Source: Prorocentrum cordatum (Eukaryota). From it: a DNA stretch of 64,000 nucleotides. A program made the translations under genes and the position numbers. The notes below the pieces were generated by a model. The model had not been told where the DNA came from and did no database searches. It saw only the letters and a program-made list of their open reading frames with translations. This document shows, in pieces, positions 35,801 through 47,546 of this stretch (within the stretch, counting starts at the first letter, position 1; each line of letters begins with the position of its first letter). Where the stretch lies: positions 186,001 through 250,000 of the forward strand of contig CAUYUJ010000103.1 of the NCBI GenBank assembly GCA_963575745.1, written 5' to 3'.

Positions 35801-38430
35801 TATGACTGGCCAGTTTTAGGGCTCAGCCCAAGTGCAGTTCGAGATGCGCGAGCTCAAGCAGCTGATATGGTGGGCTTCAGTACTGGAGGCAGATGCACCT
35901 CCACCATCAACGTGATCTTCTATGGAGAGAACGAGCCCGCCACAGCCTGCTTACAGCGCCAAGTACGAGAATGGGTACAGACATGGCAGCGCGAATCTCC
36001 AGCGCACGACCGACTTCGACAAGGATGGGACCATGTAATCCAAAGATTCAAAGCAATGAGACCACGTGGACGGTGGAACTCAGTCACTGGACCCACGGGA
36101 GCGCTAATCTCATCATTACAACAGCTTGGATGGGACCCGAATCAGCCAGATGTATGGGAAGATCCACGCGGAAGCATTTGGAAGTTCAGGGACGATGACG
36201 AGCTGGATTTCAAAGACATCACGCGTACCATCGCTCAAGACATGGAGGCGCAGCTCTGGCTTAAGGCAGCGGACCACTACTGCGGCAAAGGTATGCAGCG
36301 CGGTATGGGCACGACCATGCTCAAGAGGACCCTACAGAAGCTCCGCAAAGCAGACCGCGTACAAGAAGCAGGAGCGCTCGAAGCCCTTGCGCGTGGTGCG
36401 TTATGGACTGGGCAACGGTGCAAAGATGCTGGATATCGTACCGACGCCAAATGTCCAAGATGTTCCAAAGCAGCGGATGCCATCAAGCACAGGCTATACG
36501 AGTGCGAGATGAACGACAACCTCAGCATTCAGGCGGTTGTCAAGTCTCAGACTCTCTGCAGAAGAGCGCTGGAAGAAATGTACAACGACCCTGACATTGA
36601 GGCCTTCTGGCTTCGTGGACTTCTCCCGCAGCATCGTAACCCAGTGCCGCCACCGCCGGTTTGGGGATCTTGGGATGGGAGCTATTGGGCCACGGCCACA
36701 GATGGCCCTACGGCTTATGCAAAAGAAATGGTCACCATCAGCCCAGTCCGGTGTTTTTTTGCGTTTGTGGACGGATCTGGAACCAGCAACGATAAGCGCA
36801 TCAACAGAGTTGGATGGGGATTCACACTTCAGCTATGCGACGGACAGGCACAGCATAAACTAGGACCTGAGCGACTGTGGTGCCAGGCTAGTTCTTCGCA
36901 TGCCATGTTGGAATCAGGCGATGTGGTACAGACCCCAATGGACGAGGACACGGAGCAGGTACACAAGGACGTGATGAACGACCTAGGTGTTTGGGCAGCG
37001 ACGTGGACAGTGGCTATTGACAACAATGAAGGTCGAAACCATGACAGCTGGAAGCTATGGGGCGAGCCGTGCATGCAGCAGTTCTTATGCCAACCTGAGC
37101 AAGCACGACTACTGCAGTTTCTCAGGACACGCTACCAGACCAGGAGCACCAGCAGCATTGTAAAGGACCTATGTGACATGAACTGGCGCACGTCCAAGAA
37201 GAGGCGCAAGGGGGTGCATGACTATTACCTCACGCTCCATGGACGGGAAAGGGAGGCTCACGTCAAGCACTGGTTCAACAGCGTCTCGGATATCAAAGAG
37301 AAGTTTCGCCAGCTACTTCGGGACCGGGCTCCCACCTTCGAACAGGAATTCCCTGGGCATTATGGCGGCAGCGAGGACGTGAATGAAGACACGGCGCCAC
37401 ACTTTCTTACCCATGCCCTGAGCACCAACAACGGGCCTGACACCAGCAACAGCAAGATCGACGACACGCCCCACATCGGCTTCTACGGCATGGTTGACGG
37501 AGAGCAAAGTGTACCTGCCTCGGGACATGCTGCATTGTTCTGGGCATTGGCGCTCACAAAAGGACCGATCACGATCTATACTGACTGTCAGCAAGTGGTG
37601 AACTGGTGGACCCAACGTTTCTACGACAAACCACAGGGTGCTCTCCGTGAATGGTGGGAACGCGTCCAGAGCATGATTACACGCCGACCTGGAGGAGCAG
37701 AAGATGTATGTGTCATTAAGTGCCTATCTCACCTTGATCTAGAATCAATCAAGCAGCCCAAACAAGCCTTCCACGTCAGTCTGGGAAATGAGATGGCAGA
37801 TACCATAGCTCAACGTGGCGCTGAGGAGGCCATGAAGGACATACGTGGCGAGGTCAAGCAACTAGCCGAGGTCGAGACCCTGCTGATGCGTATTCAGCGA
37901 CGCGGCGCGGCCATCATCCATGAGTTCTGCAAGGGCGCTGACCCGACCAAACTGGACAGACCTCCGCACCTGCCCAACCAGTTAATCCGCCAGCGACGAG
38001 AGAAACGCCGCCAATTGGAAGAAGTTTCAGGCCACAACACGCGGAAGGTAAAAGGGCAATGGGTATGCCAGGGGTGGTGGTGCTCGCCTGGCAAGTATAG
38101 TTTAGTGGAATGGCTGAAAGCGAATGTATGCATCGGACGACAGTATGAGACCCACCGAGCTGATCACGGACACGCCGTAAAAGTACCAAACAATGAGATG
38201 ATAGAGGTCAACGACAAGGTCATTCACCCCAGCCATGCGATATCAGTTGCTCATGGGCAGTTCTGGTGTTAGACCTGTGCTGCGGTAGCTTCACACAATG
38301 ACGACGGACATGGGCGAGTGTCTCTGTTGGCGACAAAGTGCAGAGAGCAGATCACCACGAGTGGCCAAACTGTTCTCCGCCGACTCCGTCAAGGACTACC
38401 TCCAAAGGCGGGCTAGAACTGGCCTGACGG
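32890..38430 (+). pseudogene. LINE ORF2 polyprotein (endonuclease, reverse transcriptase, RNase H)
   Basis: ORF pieces 32349-33422, 33253-34539, 34365-35009 and 35225-38272 joined by frameshifts and stops. Confidence 0.9.
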
Positions 38431-38439
38431 CACGGCGCC

Positions 38440-38970
38440 GCCGAATGGTGGCAAGCTTCCACGTGTGGCAGCTGGGCGGCGTCAACGTGGATGACTACAC
38501 GGCTCGGGGCTTCGGCCCTGCTGATTTACTCTGCCCTGGAGTGGCAGCGAGGTGGGGGCCCGCCCTGTCTCTGGGGCTGGCTCGCGACCTCATGGGGCAG
38601 ATGCCCCGCTGATTACCCTGCCCTGGAGTGGCAGTGAGGTGGAGCCCGCCTTGTCTCTGGGGCTGGCTCGCGACCTCTTGAGAGCCCGCGTAGCGTGCGC
38701 AAGCGCATGGTGGCAAGCTTCCACGCGTGGCTGCTGGGCGGCGTCTGCGTGGGTGACTACGCGGCTCGGGGCGTCAGCCCCGCAGGATTACTCTGCCCTG
38801 GGGAGGCAGCGAGGTGGGGGCCCGCCTTGTCTCTGGGGCTGGCTCGCGACCTCGCGGGGCAGCTGCCCCGCTGATTTACTCTGCCATGAAGTGGCAGTGA
38901 GGTGGAGCCCGCCCTGTCTCTGGGGCTGGCTCGCGACCTTTTGAGAGCCCGCGCAGCGTGCGCGGGCGCA
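38440..38970. repeat. Nested tandem repeats at the LINE 3' end (2 x ~260 bp, each with 2 x ~88 bp)
   Basis: atggtggcaagcttccacg occurs twice; tgtctctggggctggctcgcgacc occurs four times. Confidence 0.85.
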
Positions 38971-39079
38971 GGGGCCGCGGCGGCGGAGTCGACCGTGGTG
39001 CCCTCTGCTCTCGAGTCCTCGAGTCCTCCTCCTCCTCCCCCTCCTCCTCCCCCTCCTCCTCCTCCTCCCCCCCCCCTCC

Positions 39080-41760
39080 GAGAATGAGAGCCCCCTGAAG
39101 TAGGTTCTTGGGCACTTGGTCAGAACGACCTTCTTCTCGTTGCTCTTCGCTGTTGCCGCAGACAAGAAACTTGTTTGGTCTTCTCGCCCTAAGACGCACG
39201 TCGCAACGCCCAGCATGTGGAGTGCCAGACCCACTCGTGCAAAAAGGGCGGCGGAGCCTCTGGCCTCTGGCTGGCCCCCTGGGGACCAACTGGCGCCCCG
39301 CGAGGCCCGGCGCAGGCCGCAGAGGGGGGAGGCGAGCAGCGAGCGCGCACGCAGCTCGGGAAACCTTGATTTGCCGCGCCACCGCCTCCAGCTCCACCCT
39401 GCGGGTGCGAGTCAGCTATTGAATTGGCGGCAGCTTCTGCAGCGTCTTTGCCAGTTTGTTCCCGCTGCTGCTGTCGAGTGAGGCTGGGGTCGTCCTGTGC
39501 ATGAACTTTGACCTTCAGAACCTGCTGCAAAAGAGGATTCCGAATTGGCATCATCGTGTCAGCGTGCATTGTTTTGTAGGACAACTTCTCTATGTGTGGC
39601 AAGTTAAAGAGCTTCGCAATATTTTTGCAGGCGTACAAACCTTCTGCAGGGCCCGACAAGTTGTTGGCCACCATGGCCAGGGCCCCGAATTCTCCTGCCT
39701 GAGGGGTCTGGGGCAGGGCCCCCCCAAACAGGCCCTGCATATCCCCGTGAGACCCTGCTAGGTCCCTTTAATCGGGTGAATAGTGCAAGCTCCGCCCAAG
39801 AAAGTGGCCCCTGAGGCTTCGCCCGGTTCCCCTGGGAACCTTTTTTACGAAAATTTGATTGAACCTGAATGCCTCCAGAATCCTTGTTCGAGGAAGGTAG
39901 TCCCCAGGGTGCTGGAATAACCCCTTGGCGAACAGCAGTAAATGCTTAGTGCTATTCGGATCTATGGCCAGGGCCGCCTCAACGACCGTCTGATCCACTA
40001 ACCCATCTCGAACGTCGCTGCAGGCTGGGCACTGCCACCGTCGGTGCCAGATTCCATCTGCAGACCGGCCGCAGATTGGACACTGAGGCGATGGCGGCTG
40101 GTAGCCTAGGGCGATCGCGCGGTTCCGCGTCCAGAGAGCGCCGCACGTGAGGGATTTGTTGCAGCCCTTCTCGTAGTGCGAAGTCTCTTGCATCTCAGCG
40201 CACCTGCGACAATCCCGAAACAAACGCGACCTTCGAGCCACAGATTTATGCTCATGTCGCCTTCTAGCTGCCTCGGGAACCCCTCACGCAACATGGTTTT
40301 AACCAAAGCAGGCGGGCGCGTCGTGAGAATGATTTCGCCTTGGGAATCGTTTCCCATGGTGCAGCGACATGGCGCGGGCCACCTGGTCCTACACGGACTC
40401 GGCCTCGAGGCCACCAAGGGCCCCGTCGCGCGCTTCCAAAACAGCTTTGCCTCGGGCACCTCGAACGCCGAAGTCCAAGTTTCTCTCGGAAGCGAGAACA
40501 AATGCGCGTGCGTGAGCTGCCTCGTATGCGCGGCATGCGCCTCTTTGGCGTCCTTGACAGCTGGCGCTGCAGCTCCGACCCGCGTCGGATTTCCGCGCAG
40601 GATCAATAAAGCCTTCAGCGAACGCATTCCAGCCGACGGCCGAAGCGCCGATCCAAGACTGCGCCTGCAAGAACTCAACTCGTAGTCCGAGACTCCATGC
40701 GGCTCCGAGCCGTAGTTCAGCCCTGCCAAGGGGCCGCTGATATAAAGTTGCCGAGGATGAGCTCCTAACGCGTTCTTGGCCCTCCTGAACCATTTGGTGC
40801 GCTGTATGAAAAGCTTACATCTGTCTTTATGGTTATTACCTCGACCTTTTTGTCTTCTGCTGCGTCCAGCCGCGTCGTCCATCCCCGGGGTGACGGCGGA
40901 TCCCGCGGGCGTAGCTACTCCATATTTGCTTAGCGCTTCGTGCGCAGCAAGGCTACATTGGCCGACGAGCAAATGGCCGATGCCTCGTCCTGCGCGACAG
41001 CTGACTTCATGCCAGAGGTCAGTCCCATGGAGAGCTGCACAGCAGTGCTTGTGATGTCTATCGGCACCTGCTTGGCACTGCCCGTGGGCGAAATGTCATA
41101 GTCGTCAATGTATAGACCTAAGTAAGTAGAGGGCGGGAATGATATATGGTCTATGGCGGGGATCGCAAAAACTCGAACATGCGTAGTCGCGATCGAGCGA
41201 CCAGCTACCGCGCCGTTCACAGCGAAATGAGGGTCAGTCACTTGGCTGGCCATGCTGAGGTACCCGGGGCCATTGTAGGCCGCGACGCAGACTCTGGACA
41301 GCTGAGGCAGGACATTCGACAACTCGCCCATGCTTTCGAGTTCACCCAAGTCGATCGTCTCGTAGAATTTCATAAGGTCCCAAAGCACATTGCAGGCAAC
41401 TTCCTTGGGGGTGTTTGTCTTGGGTCCCTTGGCTCCTGGTTGGACTCGAACAGCTCTCTCCCCTCGCCTCCAGGCGCCAAAACAACGTCGGCTGCTCCTG
41501 CAAACTTACCCGCTGCCAGGCAGGAACGCGGGTGGTCAAACTCCCGCTGGGCAGCCCATGGGCGACGGAGCTTGCCCTGGAGTCTGTAAAAATAATTGAA
41601 GAGTCCTATAGGGCGCCAGCTTCCAGCTGGCTTCTCCAAGAGTGGCGCTAATATGGTGCGGGCCTGATTGGGCATCGATGTCGTAGCTTCCACGCTGCTC
41701 ATCATGTCATCGCCGTCAACAGGGCGCCATCCGACATGGGGGCGCAATGCTTCATGTGAA
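39080..41760 (-). mobile_element. Decayed 5'-truncated LINE (RT-zf-RNase H)
   Basis: LLEKPAGSWRPIGL, WDLMKFYETI, NGAVAG, LYIDD, GALWT..CPICG..HR..C, PQTPQAGEF. Confidence 0.88.
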
Positions 41761-42984
41761 AACCAATGCAACGGCAGAGGACGACCTGCACTGTTGAGCA
41801 ACTTCCTTGAAGCGCTGAGGGCTGGGGGGGAAGGGTGAGGAAGGGCAGGGGGGGGGGGGGGGATGGAGGAGGACGAGGGGGGGTGGAGGAGAAGGAGGAC
41901 CCTTGCGAGCCCAGGAGTGATCAACAACATTGGTATACGCCCTCCCTCCAAGCTCCTTCATAGGCCCCTTGCAGCATTCATTTCTACCGGTGGAAGTGCC
42001 CCGTTGGGGGGCGGCCGCGAGAAAATCCTGAAGTGTGGCCAAGCACCGTTCTCAGGACTTCAACGTCGCGAGTCAACCTAACCGTTGCATTGTGACGACC
42101 TACGGCGACCCCGCGTCGTGCCAGGTCACCGTTCGCGGAATTTCAAGTTCGCGAATCATGGTCGTTGACATTACTAACGCCCCCCGTCGCCTTTTTTCAG
42201 CTGCCCTCCATTCTTGTCCTCTGCAGAGCGCCGGTTGGGCTTGGATCTGACGGAGAGAGACCCTCTCCGCAGTTGTTTAGTTACTCAGAGCTAAACGCGC
42301 GCGCGGCCCGCCTGCCCGGCCGGCCGGCGCTCGCGCTGCGCGCGGACACGCGCGTCGCCGCGCTGTTTTGAGCGACTCCGCTCAACGGGCTTATCTAGCC
42401 ATGTGTGCAAAGATTCGTCGTGGAAGGTTAGCCTCTCGTGAGCTACAGCAAGCATGAACACTTACTGGCGTCAATATTCATCTGCCTAGCATGACGCTAG
42501 ATATGAAACGTGCCGGTTATTTACAGACAACTTTTCCGCGAGGCCAGGGGGTGCTCCTTCCAGAAAATGATGGTGCATTTGGTATTCCAGAACGCCCACG
42601 CGGCTTTAAAGAAGCCGCATAAGTCGTCTTCCGAGACCCTGGCGACGTCAGGGGTCCGAAACTGCGCTCCTCTCAGAATGCGAGCATTAGCGATCCCATG
42701 TCCTGTGCCCAGTGGCGAAAGCTCGCTGGCACGACCGGGCGCGCCAAGACCGGGAGGTGACCATAGTGGAGGAAGCGCGCCAGCGGATGGCCCTGAATGC
42801 GCAAGGGGGGGGGGGGGGCTCGCCGAACCCCGCCCCCCCCCCCCCCACCCCCCCTTCAGGAGGGGGGGGGGGGGGGGGGGGGCAAAACTTGCGCTCCCTT
42901 GGCGCTGGAAGGGGGGGGGGAGGTCCGACCCCCCCCCTTCCCCATTTTGCGCCGAACAGGGGGCCGGGGAGGGGGCCGCTCGGG

Positions 42985-44450
42985 TAGTGGGTAGAGAGTG
43001 GAATTTTTCGAGTAGCGATTGGTACGTGGTGGGTATGTGATAGTGAGTATTGCGCAGTGAGTAGTGTGTAGTGAGTAGTGGGTAGTGGGTAATAGATAGT
43101 GGTAGTAGTGAGTACTGCGAAGTGATTAGTGAGTAGTGAGTAGAGTGAGTATAGTGAGTAGTGGGTAGTGAACAGTGGGAAGGAAGTAGAGAGTAAGGAA
43201 TTGTGAGTAGTGGGTAGTGATGAGTGGGTAGTGTGTAGTGAGTAGTGCATGGTAAGTAGTGAGGAGGGAGTAGGGGTGCGGGAGTAGACAGTAGCGAATA
43301 GCGAGGAGTGAGTAGTGCGCAGTGAGTAGAGAGTAGTAGCAGTGAGTGGTGAGTAGCGAGTAGCGAGTAGGGAGTAGCGAGTACGGAGTAGCGAGTAGCG
43401 AGTGGTGAGTAGCGTGTAGGACGTTGTGTGTACTGAGTAGTGAGGAGGGAGTAGTCAGGAGTCAGTAGTAGTAGTGCGTAGGGAGTAGTGTGTAGCGAGT
43501 AGCGAGTAGGGAGTTGCGAGTAGTGAGTAGGGAGTAGGGAGTAGGGAGTAGTGAGTAGTGAGTAGAGGCGTGAAGTGGGTATTTGAGTAGCGGGTAGTGA
43601 GTATAGGGTGGTGAGTAGTGAGTATTGAATAGTGGGTAGTGAGTCGGGATTAGCGAGTAGAAGTCAGTGAGTAGAGAGTCGTGAGTAGTGAGTAGCGGCT
43701 TGCGACTAGTGACTAGTGAGTAGGGACGGGAGTAGTGAGTAATGAGTAGCGAGTAGTGCGTAGTCGGTAGTGAATATTTCGTATCTGGTAGCGAGTAGCA
43801 GATAGTGAGTAGTTAGTTGTGGACAGTGCGTAGTGAGTAGTGAGTTGTGAGTACTCAGTAGTAAGTAGTGGATAGTGGTTAGTGGGTAGTGAGTAGTGCT
43901 TAGTGAGTAGTGAGTAGTGGGCAGTGAGCAGTGTTTAGTGAGAAGTGAGTATTGGGTACTGGGTGGTGAGTGGTGAGTAGTGGGTTGGGAGTAGTGAGTA
44001 GGGCGTAGTCAGTAGTGAGTAGTGAGTTGTGGGAGCGTAGTGAGTAGCCAGGTTTGGGTAGTGAATAGTGCGTTTGGGGTAGCGATTAGGGCGTAAGAAG
44101 TGGCGAGTAGTGAGTGGCGAGTAGTGAGTGCTGTGTATGGAGCACGGGGTAGCGAGTAGCGAATCGTGGATCGTGGGTATTGACTTGTGGGCAGTAAGCA
44201 GTGAGTGGTGAGTAGTGAGTAGTGGGTAGTATTGAGTGGGTAGTGAGTTTTGATTCGTGATTAGTGAGTAGTGGGTAGTGAGCTGTGCTGAGTGAGTAGT
44301 GAGTATTGAGTAGTGGAGACTGAGTAGTTTGTTGTGAGTTAGTGAGTAGGGACTAGGGAGTAGGTAGTGGGTAGTGAATCGTGAGTAGAAGTGGGTGGTG
44401 AGTAGCGAGTAGTGCATAGTGGGTCGTGGGTAGTGCGCAATGAGTAGTGG
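42985..44450. repeat. Degenerate 7-bp (GAGTAGT)n satellite
   Basis: ~1.46 kb, strongly G/A/T-skewed. Confidence 0.92.
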
Positions 44451-44512
44451 GTGCTGTTTGGGGCTAGGGTTTGGGCTTGGGGTTCGGGGTGGGGGTCAGG
44501 GCGAGGGCGGGG

Positions 44513-45281
44513 GTCAAGCTAGCCAGCTCGAGCGAGTCAAGCATGGCATGCCCATCCCCACCCGCCCTCCCGCAGCAGATGAAACAGTGATGGCACAACT
44601 GGGGGCTGCGCGGGCATTTCAGTGCGAGTGGAGGATACCCCGGGACACCGCATTGACGTCCGCGCGGGATGCGCGCCCCAGCCCCGCCGCGCATTTCGCA
44701 TCGTCGACGACAAGACAGGCCATGATGAAAGGAAAACGGCAACTCTGTTTTTTATATATAAAAGAAACATTCAGGATGAGAGGGCCCGCAGCCCGCATGG
44801 ACGTCCGCGCGCGATGTGCGCCGCGCCCCATTCCTGCCGCATATTTCGCACCGTCGGCGACAAGGCAGGCCATGCTGAGAGGAAACAACGAAGACTTTGT
44901 AGTGATTTTTTACAATCAGGATGGGCGGGCCAGGATTGACGGCCGCGCGCGATGTGCGCCGCGTCCCATATGTGCGCCGCGCCCCATTGTTGCCGCATAT
45001 GTCGCACCGTCGGCGACAAGGCAGGCCATGCTGAGAGGAAAAAACGGAAACTTTGTATTGATTTTTTACAGTCTTGATGGGCGGGCCCAGATTGACTGCC
45101 GCGCGCGATGCGCGCCGCGTCCCAGTCCTGCCGCGGTTGTTGCATCGTCGACGACAAGAAGAACGATCTTGAGAAGAAAAACTGCCATTTCGTACTGATT
45201 TTTAACGGTCCGGATGGGGGGTCCCGGATCGGGTTGCTATCGGCCGGGATGCGAGGTAGGTGGGGGTATATAATAATAAGG
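44513..45281 (+). mobile_element. ~0.77 kb non-autonomous element family, copy 2, with internal ~130-150 bp tandem units
   Basis: Shares head and tail with 17257-18075 but has a different interior. Confidence 0.7.
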
Positions 45282-47413
45282 AACAAGGGTTAGTGTTCGG
45301 GGTGGTAGGGGTCGGGTTTGGAGACCGGGGGCGCGGCGAAAGGGGGGGGGGGTTCGGGGGGGCCGGGGGCGCGGCGAAAGGGGGTTCGGCGGCCAAGTGG
45401 GGAGTCGGGGGGTCGGACCCCCTCCTCCTGTTGAAAGTGGGGCGCCGTCCCCGACGACGGACCGGGAGAGGGGGCGGGGCCCCCGGCGGCGGATCGGGAA
45501 AGGGGGGCAGGGGGGGGGCCGACGACGGATCGGGGAAGGGGGGGGGGGCTTCGGGGCCACGCAGCGGCGCGCCCTCCATGATGGAGGCAATGACATTCGG
45601 CATGTCGACATTGCTAAGGCCTTGCGACCGGCGCCGCCGACCCCGCAGACGACGGCGACGAATGCGAAGAGGGGGAGGGGGGGGGAGGAGGGGGATGAAG
45701 GTGGATGGGGGGCAGGAAAAGGCGAAGGAAACGTCCCTTTTGGGGGCCGTGGGGGTCGTGGCAGAGACGGGCGGGAGGCCTTGTGGCCAGCGGCCCTTCC
45801 CGCCGCCGCGCTGGGGTTGTGGTTGGAAGGCCTCTTGGATGTTTCGGGTTTCTTGGGGCCTCTGTTGGGCCTCTTGGGGGTCTCTTGGGGGCCTCTTCGG
45901 GCCCCTTGAGGGGCTCTCGGGGCCTTCCCGGGGCTTCTTGGGGCGGGGGGCTTGAAATGTCGGTTCGCGGTCCTCTTCTCGGGCCTGCTCGGTGCCCTCT
46001 CGGCGCGCCTCGGCGTTTCTTTGGGGCTTTGGGGCGCCCGGGGGCGGATGCGCATCTGCCCCCCCCCCTCCCCCCCGCCCGGCCCGCCCCTTCGCTGGCG
46101 GGCTTGAGGCGGGGGGCGCAGGGAAAGGGCGCGACGGGGGCGCGTGGGGGGGGGGGCAGCGGGCGCGTCGACTGAGCGCGCGCCGACAGGGAGTCCGCGC
46201 GCCGACGGAGCCGGCGGATTTCATCGGAGGCCGACGCATCTAATTCTTCCGCGTTGACGCCGATTGCTAATCGCAAAAAGCTCGTCGAGGCAAGTGGTCG
46301 TCGAACCTGTTGTTTCGATGGGTCTTCTCGTCAGGAACGCGAAACTCCGTTTAGTTTAGAACGCGAGTCAATGGAATTTCTTTGCGATGTAACCGTCTTC
46401 GAAAACGCCCGGAAACGCCGACGGCGAAGCGGCCCTGAGACGCCGCGACTCTGTCATGGCCCCCCCTCTGCTCAAGCGATCGAAGACAGCGAGCCCGCCA
46501 GAAGAGCCCCTCGGTTTGGAATCCACTGCCCCTCTGTTATGAGGCCGTTGTATAGGAGAGGGAACAGAGGACAGAGTGTTTACACAGTTTTGAGGAATTA
46601 GTGAATTCAGCATGGGTCTGGCTTGAAGTGCCTCGAAGAAAGCGCGCGCACCCGAATCGCAGACATATGGCTATATGCGGACCCAGGACACTTTGCTTCC
46701 CGTCGTCGTCCTCGTCCTTGCTCCGTTCCCCTTCCTTTCCTCCCTCCCCTGGATGGCGTCGAAAGCGTCCGCGGCTCGGGCGGGGGAGAGCCCCTTCCCA
46801 CCTCCCTCATTATTCCTGGTTCCTCTTTGCCTCCCTGCTCCACCATCCGTCGTCCTACCTCGCCCATCCTCCTTGTTCGGAAAGTGAAGTCCCTGGCGCC
46901 GCGCGCCCGCGTCAGCGGTAAATGCTTTTTCGATATCCGAGCACAGCGGCGCAACCAAACAGAGGGGATTGCCAATGCGAGAGTTCGGGGCGCACCCAAA
47001 ATGCGGGCGGCACGGCCGCCGAGCGCAGTCGCATCGCTAACATGTAAATTGCAGGTGCCTGCGGCAAGGTCCGCCCCCCTTGCCAGAGCAGTGATCTATA
47101 TGGCGACGCGTGGAGCTTTGACTGTTAAGAGGTCCTTGACATGTGACATCTCTCGTGTTTTCGGACTGCTGCGCGGCATTCTTTGGGGTCCTTCGAGGCC
47201 TTTTTGGGACGTCTTCGGGCCGTTGGGAGCCGCTTTGGCGCCGCGTTGCACCGCGGCCGCCCTGGGCCAGGGAAGCGTGCATTTGCGGCTCTCTCTGGGG
47301 CGCCCTGGGCCGGGGAAGTGTGTATTCGCATTCCCCCCAGCTGGGCATGTCGACCTCGGTTCTGGGTTGGCAAAGTCGGGGCGCCCTCGAGGTGGCGAGC
47401 GTTCACCATTTCG

Positions 47414-47546
47414 AAATACACAGATCAAGGTATGATCTGTGTACACAGTTTGTGTCTTCAACGGTGTATCTTCGTGTGTGGGCCCGCTGTTTACACAGAT
47501 TGTGGTGTGATCTGTGTACACAGATCTCGTTCCCATCTGTGTATTT
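47414..47546. repeat. Nested inverted repeat / palindrome cluster
   Basis: AAATACACAGAT...ATCTGTGTATTT ends; perfect 18-bp palindrome at 47509-47526. Confidence 0.85.

Larger units (their letters stand above)
31437..38430 (+). mobile_element. Near full-length LINE (ORF1; APE-RT-zf-RNase H ORF2), disrupted, Ambal-like architecture
   Basis: ORF1 has NCKTCG and a coiled coil. APE: ANIT, EHHL, GDFN, IDY. RT: RPIGL, LDLEKF*DSV, GIVPGC, FVDD. CPRC..HR zinc finger. RNase H: DGSG, YTDC, GNEMAD. Stops at 32163, 35007, 35154 and 38270. Confidence 0.92.

Noticed and set aside
36836..37474. Intein within RNase H
   Set aside because: It can start at Cys, but there is no terminal HN plus C/S/T or block B motif.
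44455..44500. Interstitial TTTAGGG telomere
   Set aside because: Only a few highly degenerate units.
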